DNA of 64,000 nucleotides. It comes from an uncultured Candidatus Saccharibacteria bacterium (GTDB lineage: Bacteria > Patescibacteriota > Saccharimonadia > CAZHVB01). The position numbers were made by a program, and so were the translations under genes. The first letter of the stretch is position 1. Every line of letters starts with the position of its first letter. The notes below the pieces were generated by a model that was not told where the DNA came from, did no database searches, and worked only from the letters and a program-made list of their open reading frames with translations. The stretch is taken from assembly GCA_964600295.1 (NCBI GenBank), contig CAZRIY010000001.1, positions 169,733-233,732 of the forward strand, in the 5' to 3' direction. This document shows, in pieces, positions 36,087-45,652 of the stretch.

Positions 36087-37111
36087 ATCAGTTCTCCCTC
36101 TATACCCTTAAGCTCGTCTCGGATGTAGTCAGTTGTGAGTAGCTTATTCATAACTTCATCTACATTGAGTCTTGTGGTGTTGTCAGATGTATATTCAGTT
36201 GCTTCCTCTACTATATGGCTACCCTTAATGAAGAATTGAGCATAGTTTAGATCCCTGGTGTCTGCCGGAACCCGGAAATAGCCTTTGAGGTTCTTGCTGT
36301 TGCCCCGCTCCTCTTTAGTAAGTAGAGTTTCATGCAGCTTCTCACCATGCCGGGTACCGATAATTTTTATATCAGTCTTAGACTTGAACAGCTTTTTAAT
36401 AGCCCGGGCCAGGTCTCCAATCGTACTGGCTGGAGACTTTTGGACGAATAAATCGCCCTGCTTGGCATTGCTAAAGGCAAACAGAACCAAATCAACAGAA
36501 TCATCTAGGTTCATCAAAAACCTAGTCATATCTGCATCGGTGATGGTAATGGGCCCTCCGGTTTTCACTTGCTCCACAAATAATGGGATAACCGAGCCAC
36601 GAGAAGCCATAACATTGCCGTAGCGAGTCACACAGATGATAGTCTTGGTAGGATCAACATTTCGTGATTTTGCCTCGGCCACTCGCTCCATCATGGCTTT
36701 TGATATGCCCATGGCGTTAATGGGATAGGCGGCCTTATCAGTAGAGAGACAAATAACTTTCTTTACGTTTTCCTTAATGGCGGCTTCAAGAACATTGTCT
36801 GTCCCGATGATGTTGGTGCGGACCGCCTCCATAGGGAAGAATTCACACGAAGGAACTTGCTTTAGAGCGGCGGCGTGAAAGACATAGTCAACTCCAGCCA
36901 TGGCTTCTCTCACGCCCTCAAAATTTCGCACATCTCCAAGATAGAACTTTACCTTGTCACTCTTTAAGCTTTTTCGCATGTCGTCTTGTTTTTTTTCGTC
37001 TCGCGAGAAAATGCGGATCTCCTTGACGTCAGTATTCAAAAAACGTTTTAGAACCGCGTTTCCGAATGATCCTGTGCCGCCTGTGATCATCAGGGTCTTA
37101 CTCTTAAACAT
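36083..37111 (-). CDS. fnlA: UDP-GlcNAc 4,6-dehydratase/5-epimerase FnlA/CapE/WbjB-type
   Basis: N-terminus MFKSKTLMITGGTGSFGNAVLKRF, 342 aa, polysaccharide-biosynthesis SDR. Confidence 0.85.
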   Translation of the reverse strand: MFKSKTLMITGGTGSFGNAVLKRFLNTDVKEIRIFSRDEKKQDDMRKSLKSDKVKFYLGDVRNFEGVREAMAGVDYVFHAAALKQVPSCEFFPMEAVRTNIIGTDNVLEAAIKENVKKVICLSTDKAAYPINAMGISKAMMERVAEAKSRNVDPTKTIICVTRYGNVMASRGSVIPLFVEQVKTGGPITITDADMTRFLMNLDDSVDLVLFAFSNAKQGDLFVQKSPASTIGDLARAIKKLFKSKTDIKIIGTRHGEKLHETLLTKEERGNSKNLKGYFRVPADTRDLNYAQFFIKGSHIVEEATEYTSDNTTRLNVDEVMNKLLTTDYIRDELKGIEGELI

Positions 37112-37172
37112 GAAACTCTTTCCACTTATTATTCAAAGTGAATATTAACAGATTTGTCCTATTATATCTTAA

Positions 37173-37541
37173 TCATTTTTTAGACTCTTCTTTGGACAAC
37201 CGAATCGATAGTTCTTGATGGAGATCTTGAACCCGTCGTTCGAGGGCATCGTTTCTAACATATGCTTCATGGGCAATAAAAAACGTGAAAGTGATTCCAG
37301 TAATCTGGATGACGTCAAACAGACTTAGCGGTTCGGTTTGAGTCAACTGGTGGGAAAACAAAAAAGCGTAGATAGGTTCCGCAAAGACAATGCCTCCCAA
37401 TATGCTTGACCAAAATATAATCCTGAAGATAAATCTACGTCGGCTAGTTTGACCAAGCTTGTAAGCGGTAATTGCGCTGACAATGCCAGCTGCGATCAAT
37501 GGAGTGTTAAGGATTATTAATATTAGATATCTACTCACCAA
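37173..37541 (-). CDS. DUF2304-family small membrane protein
   Basis: 122 aa, 3-4 TM plus a C-terminal coiled-coil. Typical partner located immediately downstream of DPM-synthase-like GT2 genes. Confidence 0.5.
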   Translation of the reverse strand: MVSRYLILIILNTPLIAAGIVSAITAYKLGQTSRRRFIFRIIFWSSILGGIVFAEPIYAFLFSHQLTQTEPLSLFDVIQITGITFTFFIAHEAYVRNDALERRVQDLHQELSIRLSKEESKK

Positions 37542-38229
37542 AAATCTCCATCACCCGCCTCTTAAACAGAGATTTTATTATATTGAATGCGTTCCAGTTA
37601 TTTTGTCCCTTCGACTTTGAATAGTCAGTATAGATAGCCTTAATTGGGTATTCTTTAACGCTCAAGCGCAGTTGCTTGGCTCGCCACAGCATTTCAGAAC
37701 CAAAATCGAACCCGCTAGCTTTCCATCTGAGTTGCTCCAGGGCCTTTTGGGAAAAAATCCTTAAGCCTGTTTGAGAATCAGTAACCCTAATACCGAACAA
37801 AAGGCCGGTAATCAAGCTCAAGCTCTTATTGCCAAATACCTTCGCTCTTGACATGCCACGTTTATCAATCAGTCTGCTGCCGATCAGGAGATCGCCATCC
37901 CCACTATTAATTAATTTTATGCCCTTAATAACATCATTCGCGTCATGTTGACCGTCGGCATCAAGTGTGGCTGCCAGGTCAAAGTTATTTCGCTGGGCAT
38001 AGTTTAGACCAGTAGCCGTGGCGCTACCGGTGCCGGTATTTAAGATGTGACGGATGACATAAGCCCCAGCTTGTCTAGCCACTTGGGCGGTAGTGTCATT
38101 TGAGCCGTCATCGACAACGATTATTTGATATTTGTGGGTTGTCTCAGAAAAGGCTGACTTAAGGCCAGCGATTACAGTTTTGATGACTGTCGCTTCATTA
38201 TAAGCCGGCATAACCACAGCGACTCTCAA
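37531..38229 (-). CDS. GT2 polyprenol-phosphate glycosyltransferase (DPM1/GtrB-like)
   Basis: MRVAVVMPAYNEATVIKTVIAGL...VVDDGSNDTT GT-A motif; 232 aa. Confidence 0.8.
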   Translation of the reverse strand: MRVAVVMPAYNEATVIKTVIAGLKSAFSETTHKYQIIVVDDGSNDTTAQVARQAGAYVIRHILNTGTGSATATGLNYAQRNNFDLAATLDADGQHDANDVIKGIKLINSGDGDLLIGSRLIDKRGMSRAKVFGNKSLSLITGLLFGIRVTDSQTGLRIFSQKALEQLRWKASGFDFGSEMLWRAKQLRLSVKEYPIKAIYTDYSKSKGQNNWNAFNIIKSLFKRRVMEIFGE

Positions 38230-38302
38230 TATGGACTCCTAAATCTCCCAAGAATGAATTATTCAAACTATATTACATTAGAGAAAAGATGCCTACATGT
38301 CT

Positions 38303-40690
38303 CTAGGGATCAACTGCCGGATGGTTGGTTGCAATATTGCTAGTCCAGCTCTGCTGCCCGGACGCCCAAGTGTGGACTTCGATCCGTCCACTGCCGTTAT
38401 TGCGATATTTGATGAAGATCAGCCCATCCCGGCCATCGCCGTTGGTATCCCCAGAGATGACATCGGTATCAACCGGATTAACTTCACCATGGTTAGTAGC
38501 GATGTTGGTGATCCAGCTTTGGTAACCGGGAGCCCAAGTATGCACTTCTACCAGGCCACTGCCGTTACTACGGTATTTAACAAACACCAACTCATCCTTG
38601 CCATCACCATAGAGATTGCCCCCCACCACGCCAGCGTTATCTGGGCTTACCTCCCCATGGTTGGTGGCAATATTAGATATCCAGCTCTGCTGTCCAGCCG
38701 CCCATGTATGGATCTCGATCCGTCCACTGCCAGTGTTGCGGTATTTAACAAAGATTAGCTCGTCGGCCCCATCACCGTTAGTATCGGCGGCTATCACACG
38801 CCCATCTGCCGGATCAATCGCCGGATGGTTGCTGGCAATATTGCTTACCCAGTGCTGGTAAGTCGTATCCCAAGTATGCACCTCGATCCGTCCACTACCA
38901 GTGTTGCGGTATTTGACGAAGATTAGCTCTGACTTTGAGTCACCATAAATATTGCCGCTGATTATCTCTCCATCTGCCGGATCAATCGCCGGATGGTTGC
39001 TGGCAATATTGGTCAACCAGCTCTGGTAGCCCGGGTTCCATGTATGAATTTCGATACAAGCTGTGCCGGTGTTGTTAAGGACGCTGAGGGATAGTCGATC
39101 GGGGGAATCAATTGAATAACGATTGGACAGAACTTTGGGACCACTAGGAGTGCTGGGTATATTACCATTTGGAGATATATTATTGGGGCACGTAAAGGCG
39201 CTTAAGTTGGTTAATTTAAGGGTATTAAGTCGGCCATAACCATGCTGATTTGTATAGTTCGCGCCAGACATCTGCGATACTTTGTCGGTTGCTCCATTTA
39301 GAGCCGTGGTTATCTGCGAAACTGATAGGTTACTACGCACCGAAAACAATAGGCTTACCGAACCAGAAACTACCGGAGTAGCCAAGGAGGTACCCGAAGC
39401 CGAAGCATAGGCAGTAGTGGGAGACCCGCTGCTCCAAGAAGTAGTAACGATTCCGGAACCCGGCGCCATAATATCCAAATTGGCTCCGTAGCTAGAAAAG
39501 CTGGAACGGTCATCACCTTGATTACTAGCTCCCACCGCAATCACTGGCGGATAGTTGGCCGGATCCAACATCTGACCAACACTATCACAACCGTTAAAAA
39601 AATACGTTTGGGGATCGCCGCAATTGCCGGCTGCTGCTACTACCACCACACCGGCTGCAATGGCCGCATCAATCCGCTGGCGCAGGAAGTTATCAACATC
39701 GGTTGAACCCAAGCTCATACTAATCACCTTGGCACCGCGGCTTACGGCGTAATCCACAGCCTCGGCCACGCCATCAGTTGTACCGCCGCCGCTATCGGCC
39801 AAGGCTTGGAGGGGTAAGATTTTGGCTTGCCAGTCAACCCCGGCCACGCCCACGCCGTTGTTGCCGGCTGCTGCTGCGGCTCCCGAGGTGAGGGTGCCAT
39901 GGTTAACCCCGTCGCCATTTGGGTTATTATCGCAATCACCATCGGCTACCGCCGGGCTGTTGTTATCGCAAATAAAATCCCAGCCCCGCCAGTCGTCCAC
40001 TTTACCGTTGCCATCATCATCCAAATTATTACAAGATTTGTCTGGCGGTAACCCCGTAGTGACACAATTTGGCGCTGGCCCCAGGGCCACAGTGGCTCCC
40101 ACTTCGCCGCTGTTGTTAGCCCATCTGTCAGCCAGATCTTCATGATTTAAAGAAAAGCCGGTATCAATTACCGCGATCGTAACGGAACTAGAACCGGTGG
40201 TAATATCCCAGACTGATGGGGCCGAGATTTTGGGCAGATGCCACTGCTGGGAATAGCGGCTGTCATTTGGAGTTGTGGTTATGAAGTAGGAAAGATTGGG
40301 GGAGGCCTGGCTGCCTTCGGGCAGTTGCAATTGCCCGGCTGGTTTATTGACTACAAAAGCCCCGGCTGCAGTGGGGGCTAAATCACTCTGAGCCACGTCA
40401 TTTGCAGTTAGGAATTGCTGTTTGGAATCCTCATTGCTGAACTGGACAATAGTACTACCGCCAGCTGCCTGGGGTTTATCCAGTTCCGGGGTGAAGCTGC
40501 GGGTATCCTGGGTCGGAAGAGCGGCATCGGATTCTGGTTCGGCCGGTCGGGAAATCTCAACTGAACCGGGCTGCGTTGGAATGGGGATATTCTTTTGAGA
40601 CAGGAACCACAAGAACAATCCAGCACCAATAGTTAGCACTGCGCCGCTTAAATAGAATATTTTTCTGGATTTAGACATAGTCCTACCCAA
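38303..40690 (-). CDS. Secreted subtilisin-like serine protease (S8) fused to C-terminal ~47-aa FG-GAP-like repeat propeller
   Basis: N-terminal TM/signal (IFYLSGAVLTIGAGLFLWFL). S8 triad motifs VIDTGFSLNHEDL (Asp), HGTLTSGAAAAAGNNGVGVAGV (His) and GTSLATPVVSGSVSLL (Ser). The C-terminal ~280 aa (38303..~39150) are repeats ...IFVKYRNTGSGRIEVHTW...W(I/V)SNIA(S/T)NH... paralogous to those in 26956..28647. Confidence 0.8.
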   Translation of the reverse strand: MGRTMSKSRKIFYLSGAVLTIGAGLFLWFLSQKNIPIPTQPGSVEISRPAEPESDAALPTQDTRSFTPELDKPQAAGGSTIVQFSNEDSKQQFLTANDVAQSDLAPTAAGAFVVNKPAGQLQLPEGSQASPNLSYFITTTPNDSRYSQQWHLPKISAPSVWDITTGSSSVTIAVIDTGFSLNHEDLADRWANNSGEVGATVALGPAPNCVTTGLPPDKSCNNLDDDGNGKVDDWRGWDFICDNNSPAVADGDCDNNPNGDGVNHGTLTSGAAAAAGNNGVGVAGVDWQAKILPLQALADSGGGTTDGVAEAVDYAVSRGAKVISMSLGSTDVDNFLRQRIDAAIAAGVVVVAAAGNCGDPQTYFFNGCDSVGQMLDPANYPPVIAVGASNQGDDRSSFSSYGANLDIMAPGSGIVTTSWSSGSPTTAYASASGTSLATPVVSGSVSLLFSVRSNLSVSQITTALNGATDKVSQMSGANYTNQHGYGRLNTLKLTNLSAFTCPNNISPNGNIPSTPSGPKVLSNRYSIDSPDRLSLSVLNNTGTACIEIHTWNPGYQSWLTNIASNHPAIDPADGEIISGNIYGDSKSELIFVKYRNTGSGRIEVHTWDTTYQHWVSNIASNHPAIDPADGRVIAADTNGDGADELIFVKYRNTGSGRIEIHTWAAGQQSWISNIATNHGEVSPDNAGVVGGNLYGDGKDELVFVKYRSNGSGLVEVHTWAPGYQSWITNIATNHGEVNPVDTDVISGDTNGDGRDGLIFIKYRNNGSGRIEVHTWASGQQSWTSNIATNHPAVDP

Positions 40691-40822
40691 GCCTTATTTC
40701 ACCATATTTACAGAGAATGGACAATGTTGGGGTGGTATATAAACTTCAGAAATCAAAAACCAATAATCCTTAAAGTTTTCAACGGACCCAGCCGGGTATG
40801 GTAAGTCCCACCTCTCAGAAGT

Positions 40823-42208
40823 TTGAAGCCATTTGAGCTCGCTGCTGTTCGCTCAAGCCGTTATAATCCGACTAAGGTGTCGAGGTTCAACAGGTCTGTT
40901 TCTATAGCGTGGCAAAGTACAGTTTGGTTGGCGCTACTGGCGCTGTTACCGTTTCATGCCTTGCTGACCACATGGGCGGGTAGTCTGTTTGGTTACCGGG
41001 AAATCTGGCAAGCCTGGAAGGAAATTCTGGTATTGGGGTTGCTGGCCGGTGTGGGTTTCAAACTGATTACAGACCGGCAGCTGCGTCGATTCCTTTGGGG
41101 CTATTGGTCCAATCGTCTGATTTTGGTCTATGGCTTGCTGCATCTGCTGATGGCCATTATCATGTCCAGCGATCTCGATGCTACATTACTGGGTTTACGC
41201 AACAATCTAATTTTTCTGGCCATCTTTATAATCGGCCAGACTATAGCTTTCCGGTCGCCCAGCGGGCGCTTTAAAACCCTGTTGCCGAAGATTATTCTGG
41301 TAACCGCCGCCATCGTAGCTATCTTTGGTCTGCTGCAAGCCTACTTGCTGCCATACGACTTCCTGGCCAAGTTCGGCTACGGCGAGGGCACCATTCCGCC
41401 CTATCTACTTCTACAAGATAGCGAAATTGTGCGGGTTATTTCTACTCTAGACAGTCCCAATACTCTGGGTAGCTGGTTAATTTTGCCATGGGCTTTGAGC
41501 CTAACATTACTGTTGAAAAAACGCATCGATTCATCCTGGTGGCTGTTGCCCCCAACGCTTTTTCTGGCGCTTTACCACAGCCATTCCCGCAGCGCCTGGA
41601 TTGGCGTTGCTTTGGCTACAGTCTTCATTGGCTGGCGGATCTTACCGAAACATCGCCTCCGCCAAGCCACTATCGTCCTGTTTAGCGGCTTGTTAATAGT
41701 CGCAGCCGCTCTGATTTACCTAGTACCTAAAGTGCCGGTTTTGCAGAGCGTTTTTTTACATGCGCCGCTCGAAAAGGCGTCAGACGAAAGCTCCAATGCT
41801 GACCATCTGGAGGAAATTATCAAAGGGATTCCGGAGTTGGTGCACAACCCGCTTGGTAAAGGGCCAGGCGCGGCGGGGCCGGCGTCACTGGAGTCTAACA
41901 ATCCGGACATTACCGAAAACTACTTTTTGCAGGTTGGTTTGGAGGTAGGCTTTATTGGCTTGGGGCTATTTCTAGCCATCAACTACTTAATTGCCCGCGA
42001 TCTATGGCGGGCATCCCGGCAAAGCCTGTTGGCGGTTGCTCTCTTAGCCAGCTTTATCGGGCTCTCGTTCATGAATTTGCTGCTGCACACTTGGGCCAAT
42101 GGTCCAACAGCCATCACCTGGTGGGGATTGGCCGGTCTGATGTTGGGTATCTGGCGGCTTAAGCCTCGGCCAGAACCGACATCAGGTACCGGCCGTAGCC
42201 GCTTTTGA
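40823..42208 (+). CDS. O-antigen ligase/polymerase-like (WaaL/Wzy_C family) polytopic membrane protein
   Basis: About 11 TM helices with the loop motif [19 protein letters not shown], characteristic of the Wzy_C/O-antigen ligase domain. Its 3-prime end overlaps convergent rmlA by ~50 nt. Confidence 0.65.
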   Translation: MKPFELAAVRSSRYNPTKVSRFNRSVSIAWQSTVWLALLALLPFHALLTTWAGSLFGYREIWQAWKEILVLGLLAGVGFKLITDRQLRRFLWGYWSNRLILVYGLLHLLMAIIMSSDLDATLLGLRNNLIFLAIFIIGQTIAFRSPSGRFKTLLPKIILVTAAIVAIFGLLQAYLLPYDFLAKFGYGEGTIPPYLLLQDSEIVRVISTLDSPNTLGSWLILPWALSLTLLLKKRIDSSWWLLPPTLFLALYHSHSRSAWIGVALATVFIGWRILPKHRLRQATIVLFSGLLIVAAALIYLVPKVPVLQSVFLHAPLEKASDESSNADHLEEIIKGIPELVHNPLGKGPGAAGPASLESNNPDITENYFLQVGLEVGFIGLGLFLAINYLIARDLWRASRQSLLAVALLASFIGLSFMNLLLHTWANGPTAITWWGLAGLMLGIWRLKPRPEPTSGTGRSRF

Positions 42209-43025
42209 GCAAGGGCTTGGCCAGTTTGGAAAGCTGGCCTTTAGTAATAAAGCCTTCCCGGTAAGCTACCTCTTCGATGCAGCCAATCTTTAAACCTTGT
42301 CGGTGTTCGATAACATGGATAAAATGAGCCGCATCCATTAACGATTCAAAGGTGCCGGTATCCAGCCAGGCCGTACCTCGGTCCAACAAACTGACTCTTA
42401 ACTTACCTTTTCGCAAATAGATATCTAGCACCGAGGTGATTTCTAACTCCCCGCGGGGGCTGGGCTTTACTTCCTTAGCAATTTTAACCACCTCGTTATC
42501 ACAGAAATACAAGCCAGCATTAGCGTAATTAGATTTAGGTTTGGCTGGTTTTTCTTCTATGGAAAGTACCTTCATATCTTTATCAAACTCATAGACACCA
42601 TAACGCTGCGGGTCTGTAACTTGGGCAGCAAAACCAACCGCCCCATTAACATTAATGTACTTCTTTAATCTTTGACCCATCTGCGTGCCATAGAAGATGT
42701 TATCGCCGAGGATCATGGCTACTTTATCGTCCCCAATGAAGTCTTCACCGACGATAAAGGCGTCGGCCAGACCCCGAGGCTTAACTTGAACCTTATATGA
42801 AAAGCGGCAGCCATAAGTGGAACCGTCTCCCAGCAGTTTAGCGAAGTGGGGAGTATCTTCTGGGGTAGAAATAATTAAGATTTCGCGAATGCCCGCCAGC
42901 ATCAAGGTCGACAGCGGATAATAAACCATTGGTTTATCGTAAACCGGCATCAGCTGTTTACTGATTGCATTGGTTATTGGATAAAGCCTAGTGCCGGAAC
43001 CGCCGGCCAGAATAATTCCCTTCAT
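42159..43025 (-). CDS. rmlA: Glucose-1-phosphate thymidylyltransferase
   Basis: [33 protein letters not shown] canonical RmlA N-terminus. Confidence 0.9.
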   Translation of the reverse strand: MKGIILAGGSGTRLYPITNAISKQLMPVYDKPMVYYPLSTLMLAGIREILIISTPEDTPHFAKLLGDGSTYGCRFSYKVQVKPRGLADAFIVGEDFIGDDKVAMILGDNIFYGTQMGQRLKKYINVNGAVGFAAQVTDPQRYGVYEFDKDMKVLSIEEKPAKPKSNYANAGLYFCDNEVVKIAKEVKPSPRGELEITSVLDIYLRKGKLRVSLLDRGTAWLDTGTFESLMDAAHFIHVIEHRQGLKIGCIEEVAYREGFITKGQLSKLAKPLLKSGYGRYLMSVLAEA

Positions 43026-43609
43026 ATTCGTTCGCTTTCAAATTCGCGCAACTTCGGCAAGGCTCGATCCTTTTCCGACAACAAGGCATGATCGATAGAG
43101 ATTGGCCAGTCGATATTCAGGTCTGGATCAAAGGCGTGGATTGCCGGGTAAACCATATTTGGCCGCCAGTGCTCGGTGACTAGATAACTATAAACAGAAT
43201 AGTCGCTAAGGGTCTGGTAGGAATTTCCACAGCCTTTAGGTATGAATACGGCTTTACCGGGGGATAATTGAAATTGTTCAAGCTGGCCGAAATTAGGCCC
43301 GGGCCTTAGATCAACATAAGCTACGTAGATTTGGCCTACCACCGGGGCTATATATTTATCCCACGGCTCGGCATGAATACCTCGGGTAACTCCAGGCCAA
43401 ATATTTTCGGCTACATTCCATTGCACCGGGCCAAGTTCCGGTAGACCCAGCTCGGCCATCTTCTCTGCCTGCCAGGCCTCGCGAAAGGTTCCGCGTTGAT
43501 CACGGTTTACTACCAGATCGACCTTGAACAGGCTGGGGATCGACAGCTCCTCGACCACTAGCTCTTGGTTGGGATTAAGAATGTCAGTTGCGGGATTGGA
43601 TTGTTCCAT
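43022..43609 (-). CDS. rmlC: dTDP-4-dehydrorhamnose 3,5-epimerase
   Basis: 195 aa cupin-type RmlC lying between rmlB and rmlA. Confidence 0.8.
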   Translation of the reverse strand: MEQSNPATDILNPNQELVVEELSIPSLFKVDLVVNRDQRGTFREAWQAEKMAELGLPELGPVQWNVAENIWPGVTRGIHAEPWDKYIAPVVGQIYVAYVDLRPGPNFGQLEQFQLSPGKAVFIPKGCGNSYQTLSDYSVYSYLVTEHWRPNMVYPAIHAFDPDLNIDWPISIDHALLSEKDRALPKLREFESERI

Positions 43610-43614
43610 AAGGC

Positions 43615-44613
43615 TTATTTAAGGGCGTAGATACTCTCCGCCTCTTTTATCAGAGGCTCCCACCAGGCTTGGTTGTTCAAATACCATTGTACGGTATCTT
43701 CGAATTGCTGCCAGACATCGGTAGTCGGTTGCCAGCCCAGCTGTTTAATCTTGGTAGTATCAACGCCATAGCGAAAGTCGTGGTGAGCGCGAGGATCAGG
43801 CTGGTATTCAACTTTGGCGCCAAATTCTTCTAGGCGTTTAGCCAGCCACTCGGCTAAGTTACGGTTGGTGATCTCGGGCTGGTTGTTGGCGCCAATATTA
43901 AAAGTCTCGCCGGCGTGGGCTTTTTTTAGCACCAGCTCGATCCCTCGAGCGGTATCGGGCGCATACAGCCAATCGCGCACTTGGTTACCCTTACCCCATA
44001 CCGGAATAGTTTTGCCGCCCATAATGCGGGTAATCGAGCGTGGTAACATCTTTTCCGGATACTGATAGGGTCCAAAGTTGTTGGTGGGGCGAATAATATT
44101 GAGTGGCAGTTTATCTGCAAAACTTTTAGCCACGTCGTCGGCTCGGGATTTTGACTTGGCATAGGCACTAGTAGCTTGGTGGTCGGCTGGCTCTTTTTCA
44201 GTTTCTTTAAAAAAGTGACCATCCGCGGCGTCCCCATAAACTTCATCGGTTGAAATGTGTATAAACCGCCTTAATTTGCTATTGACCTGAGCCAGTTCCA
44301 GTAGATTGCTGGTGCCTTGGACGTTGCTGCGTTCAAAAACCTCGGAGTCGGTTTCAGAACGGGTAACATGGCTTTCAGCCGCAAAGTGGACGATGTAATC
44401 GGCTTTACTAATCGCACCCTGGCAAGCCGCGGCATCGTTAATATCGGTATTAATAAATTTGATGCGATCTTTAACTGATTCTAGGTTGGCCGGGTTGCCC
44501 GCGTAGGTTAGCTTATCGATAACAATGATTTGATCATGGGGATGGCGCTCAGCCCAATGGTGGACAAAATTGGCGCCAATAAAGCCGGCGCCTCCGGTTA
44601 CTACAATTTTCAC
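43615..44613 (-). CDS. rmlB: dTDP-glucose 4,6-dehydratase
   Basis: MKIVVTGGAGFIGANFVHHW Rossmann motif; YAKSKSRADD has the YxxxK catalytic motif. Confidence 0.9.
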   Translation of the reverse strand: MKIVVTGGAGFIGANFVHHWAERHPHDQIIVIDKLTYAGNPANLESVKDRIKFINTDINDAAACQGAISKADYIVHFAAESHVTRSETDSEVFERSNVQGTSNLLELAQVNSKLRRFIHISTDEVYGDAADGHFFKETEKEPADHQATSAYAKSKSRADDVAKSFADKLPLNIIRPTNNFGPYQYPEKMLPRSITRIMGGKTIPVWGKGNQVRDWLYAPDTARGIELVLKKAHAGETFNIGANNQPEITNRNLAEWLAKRLEEFGAKVEYQPDPRAHHDFRYGVDTTKIKQLGWQPTTDVWQQFEDTVQWYLNNQAWWEPLIKEAESIYALK

Positions 44614-44756
44614 TCCGTTATTCTACCACGTAGCTAGAGTTGTATTTTCGGGTTTTCTGCTTGCCTGTCCTCCGGAAGGCGGGCCGGCAGGCAGGTGTTC
44701 TTTCTCAGTTCCAGACCATTGACTGTTCGCCTTTTGTACGCTATCATTGCGGCAGA

Positions 44757-45374
44757 ATGAAACAAAGCCTCACCAAAAAGCAAAAATTCCTGCTCGATTT
44801 TATTCGTAAATTTACCGCCGATAATGGCTATCCCCCCAGTTTCCGCGAGATTATGGAGGGCTTGAATTATAGTTCTGTAGCCACAGTTGCTCAACACGTT
44901 GATAACCTAGTAGCCAAGGGTTATTTGCACAAGCGCGATAATGAAGCTCGCTCAATTCAATTAGTGGAGGCCGATGTGGAAATGAGTGGCGGCAGTGATT
45001 TACCGGTGCTGGGGCTGATTGCCGCCGGCGAACCCATCACGGTTATGGATGAAACCAAAGAAACCCTGATGGTACCGCCCTTTATGATCAAGAGTGATAA
45101 TTCTTATGTACTGCGGGTAAAAGGCAACAGCATGATAGACGACGGTATTCTAGATAAAGATTACATTGTGGTACGCGAGAACAAAGCTCCCAAAAACGGT
45201 GAAGTGGTGGTGGCTATGCTCAATGGCTACTCGGCCACTCTCAAGCGCTTCTATAAAGAAGGCAGTAAAATTCGGCTGCAGCCCGCTAATTCAAGCATGA
45301 AGCCGATAATTTTAGACGAAAACGATTTTTTGGAAATCCAAGGTATCGTTACCGGAGTTATCCGCAGCTTCTAA
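44757..45374 (+). CDS. lexA: LexA repressor (S24 peptidase)
   Basis: N-terminal wHTH (YPPSFREIMEGLNYSSVATVAQHVDNLVAKGYL), cleavage site and catalytic VKGNSMIDDGI (Ser) and K (SATLKRF). Start at the internal ATG 44757; the track ORF 44640 has a spurious N-terminal extension. Confidence 0.85.
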   Translation: MKQSLTKKQKFLLDFIRKFTADNGYPPSFREIMEGLNYSSVATVAQHVDNLVAKGYLHKRDNEARSIQLVEADVEMSGGSDLPVLGLIAAGEPITVMDETKETLMVPPFMIKSDNSYVLRVKGNSMIDDGILDKDYIVVRENKAPKNGEVVVAMLNGYSATLKRFYKEGSKIRLQPANSSMKPIILDENDFLEIQGIVTGVIRSF

Positions 45375-45457
45375 AAAGAGTCATTGATATGATTTATCTG
45401 TATACCATGCAGGCTAACTGGTGCTGATTTAAAGCGCCAGTTATACTTTTAAGACAT

Positions 45458-45532
45458 TCCGGAGTAGCTCAATGGTAGAGCACCGCCCTGTTAAGGCGAT
45501 GGTTGCCGGTTCGAGTCCGGCCTCCGGAGCCA
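45458..45532 (+). tRNA. tRNA-Asn (anticodon GTT)
   Basis: 75-nt cloverleaf: acceptor TCCGGAG/CTCCGGA, D-arm GCTCAATGGTAGAGC, anticodon loop CTGTTAA, T-arm GCCGGTTCGAGTCCGGC and encoded CCA. Confidence 0.85.
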
Positions 45533-45534
45533 TG

Positions 45535-45567
45535 AAAAAACGCTAGTCACATCGACTGGCGTTTTTT
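45535..45567 (+). terminator. Rho-independent (bidirectional-type) terminator hairpin after tRNA-Asn
   Basis: AAAAAACGCTAGTC-ACATC-GACTGGCGTTTTTT: a GC-rich stem flanked by an A-tract and a T-tract. Confidence 0.6.
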
Positions 45568-45652
45568 CATTAATTCGCAGTCTGCGAAACGAACCGAGCC
45601 CATAGGGCCGGTTCAGATAACAGCGGCTATATACTGAGCACAGCGAGGTAAT

